A stretch of 64,000 bases of DNA. It comes from an uncultured Leptospiraceae bacterium (lineage in GTDB: Bacteria > Spirochaetota > UBA4802 > UB4802). Below, piece by piece: positions 49,521 to 58,339 of this stretch (the stretch's first letter is position 1; every line of letters starts with the position of its first letter). The position numbers were made by a program, and so were the translations under genes. Where the stretch lies: NCBI GenBank assembly GCA_964486725.1, contig CAZAOK010000002.1, positions 7,250 to 71,249 on the forward strand. Direction: 5' to 3'. The notes beneath the pieces are model-generated. The model saw only the letters and a list, made by a program, of their open reading frames with translations. It was not told where the DNA came from and did no database searches.

Positions 49521-50679
49521 GACGCTTTCTCCTTCTCATATGGATACTGATCACCCCGTAATCGATAAGGGGAGAGAACAGGTTCATGAACAGAATTGAC
49601 AGCATCATCCCCTCAGGGAAGGCGGGGTTCATCACACGCACGACTATGGCCAGTGCCCCGATGAGAAAGCCATACACGTATTTACCCGCGTTGGTATTAG
49701 ACGCCGAAACCGGGTCAGTGGCCATGTATACCGCTCCAAAGGCGAACCCTCCCATAACGAAATGGTAATGGGGAGGCAGCGACATGAGACTTTCCGGTGA
49801 TGGTGACAGGGCGTTCATCAACAGGGCTACCAGGTATCCCCCCGCAAAAACAGAGAGCATAATACGCCAGCTTCCAACCCCCGTAACAATTAGAAAAATC
49901 CCGCCGATCAAGATCAAAAGTGTTGATGTCTCTCCTATGCTTCCGGGAATAAAACCAAGAAACATGTTTTGTAAAGTATACCCGTGGCTCTGCAGCGAGG
50001 AAATGATATTCTCCGTTGCCCCGGTACCCACTGATAAAGGGGTTGCCATGGTATAGGCATCCACCGCTTTTCCGTCAAGCAGGGTCCACACATTGTCCCC
50101 GGATATTGCCTGGGGATAGGCGAAAAATATAAATGCCCGCGCCACCAGGGCGGGATTAAAGATATTCATGCCGGTGCCCCCGAACACTTCTTTCCCCATC
50201 ACTACACCGAAGGTGGTACCAGCGGCCACCATCCACAGGGATATATCAGGAGGCATTATCAGCGGTATCAGAGTGCCGGTCACGAAAAATCCCTCGTTAA
50301 TCTCGTGTTTGCGAACCAGGGCAAACACCACTTCCCACAGCCCGCCAGTGACAAACACCACCACGTACATGGGAACAAGCACGAATGCGCCTTTCACAAA
50401 ACAGTCCGCAATAGCGGGGTTCACCCCCTGTGCCAGGTAAAACTGGTAACCGATATTGTACATGCCGAAGATGATGGTTGGAAATATCGCCAGCACTACC
50501 GTCATCATCATTCGCTTAATATCAAAGGCATCCCGCACATGGGCACCTTCCACTGTTCTTACCGGAAGCCGGTAAAGAAAGGTTTCGGTGGCATCAAAAA
50601 GCGGCCATACCTTGTACAGCCTGCCCCCTTCCTCAAACTGTTCTTTAACCCCTTCAAACCTGCGGGAAAGCCATTTCAC
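49510..50679 (-). CDS. nqrB: Na+-NQR subunit B
   Basis: It is polytopic with the NqrB/RnfD-type SxGAT-like FMN site region. Confidence 0.85.
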   Translation of the reverse strand: MKWLSRRFEGVKEQFEEGGRLYKVWPLFDATETFLYRLPVRTVEGAHVRDAFDIKRMMMTVVLAIFPTIIFGMYNIGYQFYLAQGVNPAIADCFVKGAFVLVPMYVVVFVTGGLWEVVFALVRKHEINEGFFVTGTLIPLIMPPDISLWMVAAGTTFGVVMGKEVFGGTGMNIFNPALVARAFIFFAYPQAISGDNVWTLLDGKAVDAYTMATPLSVGTGATENIISSLQSHGYTLQNMFLGFIPGSIGETSTLLILIGGIFLIVTGVGSWRIMLSVFAGGYLVALLMNALSPSPESLMSLPPHYHFVMGGFAFGAVYMATDPVSASNTNAGKYVYGFLIGALAIVVRVMNPAFPEGMMLSILFMNLFSPLIDYGVISIHMRRRKRRAA

Positions 50680-50683
50680 CGTA

Positions 50684-52045
50684 TTATCCTTCCTTCTGTA
50701 TAAGCTCTATTCCATCCCGGAGTATTTTCTGCCAGCTTATCTTGGATGGGCAGATAAACTCGCATAAAGCCACGTCCTCTTCTGAAAGCTCGTAAATACC
50801 AAGACCTTCCATCTCGTCAATATCCTGAACGATAATACTTTTCATAAGAAAAACCGGGTATATATCCATGGGCAGCACCTTTTCATATATACCCGAGGCG
50901 ATAAAAGCCCGAACGCTTCCATTCCTGTTCGCGTTAAGCGGAAACCGCATCCAGGGCATAAGTCGTGAGAGGAACGTTCTTGAGGCACTTTCCTGGAAAA
51001 GTCCGGGTTTCACCCATGCAAGCAGCTCATAATCCCGGGGTTCGGGAATAACCGTAACCTGCGAATCATATATTCCCAGGAAACCTTCATACCCGGCGTT
51101 TCTCCCGGTAAGCACATTTCCCGAAATAAACCTCTTGTCAGCAGTATCACCTGCACCCTCAACAAGGGAACTGATCTGCGATCCTGCCATTGCGGTATAA
51201 TATTTTCTCGTTGGAGCAGAAGGGCCCGTCACCGCCACAGTAACTGTATTGTCAGGTTTTCCCGTGGCAAAAAGTTTTCCGATTCGGATAACTCCCTGCA
51301 GTGAGCAGGTCCATACCTTATCACTTCGCCCCCTCACCGGGGCGATGTGATGGATATGCACACCCACGTTACCCGCGGGGTCCGGCCCCTTGAAACGATG
51401 TATCTTTATATCATCAATAGTTTGAAATATTTCAGGGGTTTCCCTGCTTCCGTCAACACCCACATGCACAGAACCGCTGGTAAGGGCGGCAAGCACCCTG
51501 ATGCCCCTTCGGATATATTCCTCGTTACCTGTAAGCAGCATGTCAGTTTCAGGGGCGAGGGGGGACGTGTCAAATGCCGATATGAAAATATCACGGGGCA
51601 CATCATCCGGGCTGGCAACCGTGGCAAAGGGACGCTGCACTAACTGAAGAAACAAGCCGGATGCAAGCAGCACATCTATTATGGTATCCCTGTCACTTGA
51701 TGAAAGATCACGGGATGAAAAGTTCAGCCCGGATTTTTGCGATCCTTCACGTGCCACCACGATGGCTTCGATGACCCGCCGTTTACCCCGTATGATATCA
51801 GTCACCCTTCCACTGACAGGAGAGACCCCTGCTATCCGCTCATCATTTTTGTCAAAGAAAAGCCTGGTACCCACCTGTACCCTGTCACCGGCTTCAACGG
51901 CGTTTCGTGAACTTATTCCCCTGCAATCTACCGGCGTGAGGGCGACTTTCTCTGATTCAACCGCCGATTCGATTTGCGGTGCAGCTGCCCCCTCAATGCG
52001 AATATCATATCCCCGTTTTATTGTAATGGTGTGGGCCATAGTCAT
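50684..52045 (-). CDS. nqrA: Na+-NQR subunit A
   Basis: It is a 453-aa soluble protein. MTMAHTITIKRGYDIRIEGAAAPQ fits the NqrA N-terminus. It is first in the operon. Confidence 0.85.
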   Translation of the reverse strand: MTMAHTITIKRGYDIRIEGAAAPQIESAVESEKVALTPVDCRGISSRNAVEAGDRVQVGTRLFFDKNDERIAGVSPVSGRVTDIIRGKRRVIEAIVVAREGSQKSGLNFSSRDLSSSDRDTIIDVLLASGLFLQLVQRPFATVASPDDVPRDIFISAFDTSPLAPETDMLLTGNEEYIRRGIRVLAALTSGSVHVGVDGSRETPEIFQTIDDIKIHRFKGPDPAGNVGVHIHHIAPVRGRSDKVWTCSLQGVIRIGKLFATGKPDNTVTVAVTGPSAPTRKYYTAMAGSQISSLVEGAGDTADKRFISGNVLTGRNAGYEGFLGIYDSQVTVIPEPRDYELLAWVKPGLFQESASRTFLSRLMPWMRFPLNANRNGSVRAFIASGIYEKVLPMDIYPVFLMKSIIVQDIDEMEGLGIYELSEEDVALCEFICPSKISWQKILRDGIELIQKEG

Positions 52046-52074
52046 CCTTTATTTATAATACTTATGTTTTTGAA

Positions 52075-52284
52075 TCACAGTTTTTGGTTCAGCAATTCAG
52101 CACGCAGTACCGGCCTCTTGTTGTCATGAGACTGGCAAGTACATGCCCGGCAGTGGTCACCATCAACTGCACTATGCGCGCAGGTATGGGTGAATTCTTT
52201 CTTTCTTCCTGCTATTATCTGTATTGACATGGCGAGAAAAAACAATGTCATAATGATAAATGTCATAATCAATGTTGTTCCCAT
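52075..52284 (-). CDS. NqrM-like small membrane protein (one TM plus Cys cluster), encoded upstream of nqrA
   Basis: MGTTLIMTFIIMTLFFLAMSIQIIAGRKK…CAHSAVDGDHCRACTC recalls DUF539/NqrM (TM…AGRK…Cys4). The start is at 52284 given the promoter position. Confidence 0.45.
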   Translation of the reverse strand: MGTTLIMTFIIMTLFFLAMSIQIIAGRKKEFTHTCAHSAVDGDHCRACTCQSHDNKRPVLRAELLNQKL

Positions 52285-52315
52285 TTGCGTTACATCCTTA
52301 TATTTTAGTACCTGT

Positions 52316-52344
52316 ATAGTACAACAGCCCATCCTTTAGTTCAA
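52316..52344 (-). promoter_or_regulatory. Candidate nqr operon promoter: TTGAAC, 17-bp spacer, TACTAT
   Basis: Read on the minus strand. It lies 46 bp downstream (in the minus-strand sense) of the proximal end of repeat copy 2. Confidence 0.4.
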
Positions 52345-52390
52345 GAAAAAAAGGATACCCCTGAAGTTAATGCTATAGTAAAATAATTGG

Positions 52391-52480
52391 TAATTACTCA
52401 GCTGTCATGCTGAATAATCAAAATTATTCTAAAATGAATAATAATCCTGCATCTCCCCCCGCCTTCGGCGGGGGGAGATG
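52391..52480 (-). repeat. Copy 2 of the ~85-90 bp element (inverted relative to copy 1) with a perfect 13-bp stem and UUCG loop
   Basis: GCATCTCCCCCCGCC-TTCG-GGCGGGGGGAGATG plus the arm are the reverse complement of 35241..35324, with about 4 mismatches. Confidence 0.7.
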
Positions 52481-52554
52481 TTCAAATTCCTTATCACTAT
52501 GAAGCAAATGATAAATATTTTAGTCATAACTTAGTAGTCACAATAATTGTTTAT

Positions 52555-54471
52555 ATGGAGGACACTATGACCTTTCGCCAGGTATCCCTGTTTATAGCTT
52601 TTATAGCCCTGCTGTTTATATCTGTACTGTTCATCGCCTGCGGTGAAGATAAACCCACAGATCTTCACCTGGTTCCCGGCACAATACCCGCGGTACATGC
52701 AGGGGACGGCGGCTATTTTACAGTTACCGTCAGGATACCGGGCAATGCCCACATATATGCCAATCCCAGGGGACCGGGAACCGGGAAGGCAACCACGGTA
52801 TTCACTGAATCCCCTGACGGGATCGGCACAGGAAAACCCGTATTTGAAAGGGGTACCAGGTACGTGGCTCCCGGTGAACGTGAGCATGTCAACATATACG
52901 AAGAATCCACCTCCATCACCATTCCCTTTTCAACCGCATCATCGCTGCCGGTGGATATGTATTCTGTGGAAGTTACCATTGACGCCCTGCTGTGTGACGA
53001 GGGGGCGTGTATCCCGTTACGAAAAACCATCATCCAGGAGATATCCGTAATCCCCCCGGAAAAACCGGCTACCGTATTTGATAATGAACGAATTCAGTCT
53101 GCCGATGCGCCACGGGTTGCTCCTGAAACAAAAGATGCGGCCGTAAAAAGCGATGAACCTGTAACAATTGAGGGCCTTAAAACCCGTTACCTTCATACAT
53201 CCCCTGTTAACACCATACTGACCGCCATCATATTCGGCATTATTGCCGGCTTTATACTCAACTTTATGCCATGTGTTCTTCCTGTTGTAAGCCTGAAGGT
53301 TATGAGCATTATAACCCACGCTGGTAAAGACAGGCGGCAGGTAACCCTCATGGGGCTTCTTTTTGCGGGTGGAATACTGGCATCATTTACGGCACTTGCG
53401 GCTCTTGCCACGTTTGCCGGCTATAACTGGGGAGAACTTTTTCAGCAGCAATGGTTCCTTGTGGCCATGATCACAATAATTTTTGCCATGGCACTTTCCA
53501 TGTTCGGTGTCTTTACGTTTAACGTCCCTTCCTTTGCCGCGGGATCAGCTGATCACGAGGGGAATCCCTACCTTGATTCCTTCCTGAAAGGGCTGCTTGC
53601 CACCCTGCTTGCCACACCCTGCAGCGGGCCTTTCCTGGGGGGCACACTGGCATGGGCCATGCTGCAGCCCCCTTACGTTATTTTCGTGATCTTTATGAGT
53701 ATTGGCGCGGGTATGGCGCTGCCCTACCTGGTTCTGACTCTTCGCCCGCAACTCATGCGTTACATTCCCGCACCGGGAAACTGGATGATCACCTTTGAAC
53801 ATATCATGGCATTTCTTCTGGGCGCCACGGTGATATATCTTCTGGGTATACTTGATCCGGGCTCCAGGTACTCCATGCTGTGGTTTCTATTCTTCGTATC
53901 ACTGGGGTTATGGCAGTACGGACGATACGCCGGCCCCGGCCAACCGGCGCGAAAACGGCTGGTGTCCCTTGTCATATTATTACTGATCATTACAATGGGA
54001 GAGGTTGTATCATTCCGTTATCTTTCTTCCCCCGGATCAGCCACGCCACAGGCCGCTATTAAAAGCGATACGTTCTCAATTGACGCACTCAACGATAACA
54101 GGAATATAGGTATCATAACCCTGGTCAAATTTACCGCCGACTGGTGCCCCAACTGCAGGCTGGTTGAAGCAACCTCCCTGAATACAGAACAGGTAAGAGA
54201 AGCCTTGTCACGGTATAACGCCCGGGTTCTTACCGCCGATCTCACCCAGAAAAATCCGGAAGCAGAATCACTGCTGGAAAAGCTTGGAAGCAGGTCAATT
54301 CCATTTTTGGCGGTTTTTCCCCCGGGGGATGATTTTTTCAGGCCTTTCGGTCTCAGGGATATATACAGCGAGGAAGAAGTACTTGAAGCCATACGCAAGG
54401 CAGCGGTAACTCAAACCTTTAATGGTTCAGGCACGGAACTACCAGACATGCAGGAAATAATTATCAAGTAG
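52555..54471 (+). CDS. dsbD: Thiol:disulfide interchange protein DsbD
   Basis: An N-terminal DsbD-alpha-like domain, a central TM domain with the two Cys (FMPCVLPV; LATPCSGPFLGG) and a C-terminal thioredoxin WCPNC. Confidence 0.8.
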   Translation: MEDTMTFRQVSLFIAFIALLFISVLFIACGEDKPTDLHLVPGTIPAVHAGDGGYFTVTVRIPGNAHIYANPRGPGTGKATTVFTESPDGIGTGKPVFERGTRYVAPGEREHVNIYEESTSITIPFSTASSLPVDMYSVEVTIDALLCDEGACIPLRKTIIQEISVIPPEKPATVFDNERIQSADAPRVAPETKDAAVKSDEPVTIEGLKTRYLHTSPVNTILTAIIFGIIAGFILNFMPCVLPVVSLKVMSIITHAGKDRRQVTLMGLLFAGGILASFTALAALATFAGYNWGELFQQQWFLVAMITIIFAMALSMFGVFTFNVPSFAAGSADHEGNPYLDSFLKGLLATLLATPCSGPFLGGTLAWAMLQPPYVIFVIFMSIGAGMALPYLVLTLRPQLMRYIPAPGNWMITFEHIMAFLLGATVIYLLGILDPGSRYSMLWFLFFVSLGLWQYGRYAGPGQPARKRLVSLVILLLIITMGEVVSFRYLSSPGSATPQAAIKSDTFSIDALNDNRNIGIITLVKFTADWCPNCRLVEATSLNTEQVREALSRYNARVLTADLTQKNPEAESLLEKLGSRSIPFLAVFPPGDDFFRPFGLRDIYSEEEVLEAIRKAAVTQTFNGSGTELPDMQEIIIK

Positions 54472-54479
54472 CTTCTGGT

Positions 54480-56714
54480 TCAATACTGCTGCAGGTACTT
54501 CACCAGCAAAACCTGGTTGCCTTTTCTGTTGTAGGTAACTTCATCGAACACATTGGATGCCATCATGATTCCCCTTCCGTGGGCATGCTGCAACTGGTTG
54601 GCATCCTGTGTCATCTCAATTATTGACCGGTGATCAAATCCTTCACCTTCATCTGATATCTTGTAGGCCACTTTCTGCGGTTTCAGCTGGTATTCGATAC
54701 TTACCTTTCTGTTCCTGTATTCCGGCTGTTGCTGCCTTTTTGCCACGAAGGTAAGGTAATCATCTTCCATGGTGGCTTCAGTTTTCTCTTCATAGGTAAT
54801 GCCGAGGTTGCCATGTTCGATAGCATTAATAATCATTTCTCTCAGGGCAATTCGCAGCATGGTTGTTTCTTTACTATCCAGGTACTTGGTAACATTTCGC
54901 ACAAGCCGGTGGCTCAGTTCTTCGGCGGTGGTCAGGTAATTTCCCATCTCGAATGTCTGCCGCTCCGAGATAAAGTATTCCAGCAGGGCGTCATCAATAA
55001 CGGGAATGGCCTTACCGATTATCTCGGTTCTTTCACCAATATCCACGTACTCCAGCCGCACCTGCATTTCCTGGGGCTCACCTTCAATTCGCGACTTCAG
55101 TTTTGCCTTGAATATAACGGGCTTGCGGGTAATTATGCATTCTTCAATCTTTTCATTCACAAGCTGACGCATAACCCCGTGCTCATCCTGCCCATCGTAT
55201 ACCAGGTGTACGAGGGGCAGTTTTTCAATTTCTTCTTTTGATTTTCGTGTATACTGAAGAAACGCCCTGTTCGCGGATATGATAAGGCCCTCTGTTGTCA
55301 ATGAGAACACAAGGTCGCTGGTTCCATCCACAATAATCCGGTAACGCTCTTCAGAGAGAGAAATAGCCGCGTGCGCCTGGTGCAGTTCATCCAGGTTTTT
55401 TTCCAGGTCAACATTTAGTGATTCTATCATCTCCTGGATATAGAGAAAACGATTGGCAAGAATGAGGGTGATCCCCACGACGAAGGCGAAAAATCCATAC
55501 CGGGTAAGCACCAGCCCCTCGTGGAAAAACACGGCGTCCAGCAGGTCATATATGGCGGTAAACATCACCACAGAAATGCCCAGAACCAGGTTACCCGGAA
55601 TAGAGGACAACAGTGTTTTTTTCAATGCGCCAAACCCCGTTAAAAGGGCTTTGTCTGCTACCTCGCTTTTGTTTCTTTTCAACTCGCCATAAAATGGCAT
55701 ACCAATTCGAAACACGGGGTAAAACACAAAAGGGATAAGGGCACTTAGCTGCCATACCCGCAGCACGTCATTTATGAAGGGGATGGGTGACACAACGGAA
55801 AACAATATAAGCAGCAGACTGAATAATGAATAGATCCTGGTGAACCTGCTCAGCCTCCCTTTCAGAAGCACATCAAAGAAGGCCCCGATCAACGGTATTA
55901 CCAGGTACAATGAACAGTATTCCAGCCTGAGAATGATATCAGTATCATGGACAAATTCAAATATGGTATATGTCCTGCTGAAAAGATATATGAAGAGCAC
56001 TATTGAGAAAAGGCCGTACAGCAGGTTATACCTTTCACCCGGGCGTTTTCTGAACAGGAAGACATGATACAGTCCCACCCCGAGGTAGAGAAAGAGCAGC
56101 ATAAGGGTAATCCGTTCTGAACGTATGCTGTCAAGTGACAATATCTCTCCAACAAGGTGTGGCCCATCCCTGTACAGCCCCGTCAGCCTGTTTGTGGGAT
56201 CACCCGCAATTCGTATTGAAAGAATATTTCCTCCGGGTTTCAGGTACCTTGAATTAATGGGGATAAGCACTTTTCGAAGAATACGGGTAGTTTCCACGTC
56301 CCCGTTCTTATCAAGAAACATCTCGTCACGAAGCAGGTGACCATTACAGTATACCTGCCAGTTCTCACCGATGTGCGCCAGCAATATTCCCTGTACAGAC
56401 GGGGATCGAATGGCATCTTCAGTCATTGTAAAGGATGTCACAAGGGTATACTGTTTAGCCGGATAAGTACGCAGAGAAAGGAACGTGCGCCCAGGTATAT
56501 TTTCAAAATCAAGTTCAGGAATAATTACAGGCCGCTTGCCGTCCCTTCTTCCTTCCAGCCTGGTCCAGCTTCCATCGTCAGGCAGAGACTGGGTCCAGCT
56601 TTTGGCAAACCCCTCCCGCACATACATGTCACTGGTATTTAAATTTATCGGATCAGCTGAAAGAAAGGACGGGCACATCAACAGTGCGGTGATTATTATA
56701 ACACGTAGACTCAT
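54480..56714 (-). CDS. 7TMR-DISM sensor with PAS and a C-terminal RsbW/SpoIIAB-like HATPase (no recognisable HisKA)
   Basis: A signal peptide and a large extracellular beta-rich domain, 7 TM helices, a PAS-like region (YRIIVDGTSDLVFSL) and HATPase_c_2-like REMIINAIEHGN…DEGEGF…GRGI. Confidence 0.65.
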   Translation of the reverse strand: MSLRVIIITALLMCPSFLSADPINLNTSDMYVREGFAKSWTQSLPDDGSWTRLEGRRDGKRPVIIPELDFENIPGRTFLSLRTYPAKQYTLVTSFTMTEDAIRSPSVQGILLAHIGENWQVYCNGHLLRDEMFLDKNGDVETTRILRKVLIPINSRYLKPGGNILSIRIAGDPTNRLTGLYRDGPHLVGEILSLDSIRSERITLMLLFLYLGVGLYHVFLFRKRPGERYNLLYGLFSIVLFIYLFSRTYTIFEFVHDTDIILRLEYCSLYLVIPLIGAFFDVLLKGRLSRFTRIYSLFSLLLILFSVVSPIPFINDVLRVWQLSALIPFVFYPVFRIGMPFYGELKRNKSEVADKALLTGFGALKKTLLSSIPGNLVLGISVVMFTAIYDLLDAVFFHEGLVLTRYGFFAFVVGITLILANRFLYIQEMIESLNVDLEKNLDELHQAHAAISLSEERYRIIVDGTSDLVFSLTTEGLIISANRAFLQYTRKSKEEIEKLPLVHLVYDGQDEHGVMRQLVNEKIEECIITRKPVIFKAKLKSRIEGEPQEMQVRLEYVDIGERTEIIGKAIPVIDDALLEYFISERQTFEMGNYLTTAEELSHRLVRNVTKYLDSKETTMLRIALREMIINAIEHGNLGITYEEKTEATMEDDYLTFVAKRQQQPEYRNRKVSIEYQLKPQKVAYKISDEGEGFDHRSIIEMTQDANQLQHAHGRGIMMASNVFDEVTYNRKGNQVLLVKYLQQY

Positions 56715-56798
56715 GTCTCACTTCCATTTGCTAAAATAACAGTAATCCTTACCATTTGCATGTTCATATATCATACCGACTGACAGGTCAAAACAATT

Positions 56799-58049
56799 TT
56801 ATCCCAGCGCCCTGTGCCCGATATCCTTTCTGTAATATGCCCTGTCAAAAGATATGCGGTCAATATTCTCATATACTTTCGAAGCAGCTGACCGCAGGGT
56901 ATCCGCCATGGCGGTTATGTTCAGAACACGTCCCCCGCTTGTGAGTATGTTATTATCCTCTCTTTTTGTGCCCGCGTGAAACACCATTATATCGTCAGGA
57001 ACCTGGTTAAGGCCGGTAATTACCTTGCCTTTATCATAACTTCCCGGGTATCCGCCGGATGCCATCACCACGGTAATGGCATGACTGTTCTTAAATGAAA
57101 GATCCATCCCCGACAGCTTTCCCTCAATGGCGGCTGTTATATAATCACCCAGTTTCCCCTCCATCAGGGGAAGCACCACCTGGGCTTCGGGGTCGCCAAA
57201 GCGCACGTTAAATTCAAGCACCTGGATGTCATCATCCTTGATAATAACACCGGCATACAATATTCCCTTAAAAGGAAAACCTTCAGCCTTCATCCCGTCT
57301 ACGGTCGGCTGCAGCACTTCACGGCGTATTCTCTCCAGCCTTTCGGCGGTTACTAACGGTGCCGGGGCGTATGCTCCCATGCCGCCGGTATTGGGGCCGG
57401 TGTCACCTTCGTTGATCCGCTTGTGATCCTGGGCGGCAATGCAGGGAAGTACCGTTTCCCCGTCGCAGATACCAAGCACCGAGGCCTCTTCACCTTCAAG
57501 ATACTCTTCCACTATAACCCGGGTGTCTTCGCCCACCATGGTGTTGATAAAGTTCATGGCCTCTTCCCTGTTCTCCGGAATACCCACGCCCTTCCCCGCG
57601 GCCAGCCCGTCAAGCTTGATAACGATTGGAAACGACCGAACCCCGTCCAGGTGGGAGAGCATGGCCTTTTTGCCATTTATTTCGTGGTACTGCCCGGTTG
57701 GCACCCCGTACTTTTTCATTATTCCCTTGGCAAAAAGCTTGCTTCCCTCCAGCATGGCTGCCCTGGCGGTTGGGCCAAATACCGCAACATTCCTCTCCTG
57801 CAGGTAATCCACCAGCCCTTCAACGAGGGGCACCTCGGGACCCACAATTACCACGTCGATTTTCTTTTCAATGCACGCTGAATATATACCCTCAAAGTCG
57901 GTCACACCGACGTCTATCCTGTATTTCTCTTCAATGCCCCCATTACCCGGTGCCACGTACACCTCTTCAGCACTGCCATCATTTAAAAGCCTCCACGAGA
58001 TCACGTGCTCCCGTCCCCCTGAACCAACTACCAGATACTTCATCACCAC
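56799..58049 (-). CDS. purD: Phosphoribosylamine--glycine ligase
   Basis: MKYLVVGSGGREH… with the ATP-grasp fold. It has the full-length PurD pattern. Confidence 0.9.
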   Translation of the reverse strand: MVMKYLVVGSGGREHVISWRLLNDGSAEEVYVAPGNGGIEEKYRIDVGVTDFEGIYSACIEKKIDVVIVGPEVPLVEGLVDYLQERNVAVFGPTARAAMLEGSKLFAKGIMKKYGVPTGQYHEINGKKAMLSHLDGVRSFPIVIKLDGLAAGKGVGIPENREEAMNFINTMVGEDTRVIVEEYLEGEEASVLGICDGETVLPCIAAQDHKRINEGDTGPNTGGMGAYAPAPLVTAERLERIRREVLQPTVDGMKAEGFPFKGILYAGVIIKDDDIQVLEFNVRFGDPEAQVVLPLMEGKLGDYITAAIEGKLSGMDLSFKNSHAITVVMASGGYPGSYDKGKVITGLNQVPDDIMVFHAGTKREDNNILTSGGRVLNITAMADTLRSAASKVYENIDRISFDRAYYRKDIGHRALG

Positions 58050-58126
58050 ACCTCTTTCACTTAGTCTTTACCCTTTACCAACAACATCGCGCCATCTTTG
58101 GCAAGCATTTTCCATTATAACGTTAA

Positions 58127-58285
58127 AATAGAACCACAGAGACCCGGAGTCACAGAGAATAAATGGGTACAATAATCCAGGTCATTTGCAATAATGCAGA
58201 AATTCTTATAAGTAGTATTAACGTTTTATGTAACGAAATTTTATAGAAAGATCTCTGTACCTCCGGGTCTCTGTGGTTCTATTTA
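58127..58285. repeat. Perfect 24-bp inverted repeat (AAATAGAACCACAGAGACCCGGAG / CTCCGGGTCTCTGTGGTTCTATTT) flanking a 111-bp AT-rich segment
   Basis: Read directly from the sequence. The arms are at 58127-58150 and 58262-58285, between divergent purD and the acylase gene. Confidence 0.7.
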
Positions 58286-58339
58286 TATTCCCAAATAAGT
58301 ATTGATTTTTCCAGTATTATCTGAAAATCTTATGGTATT

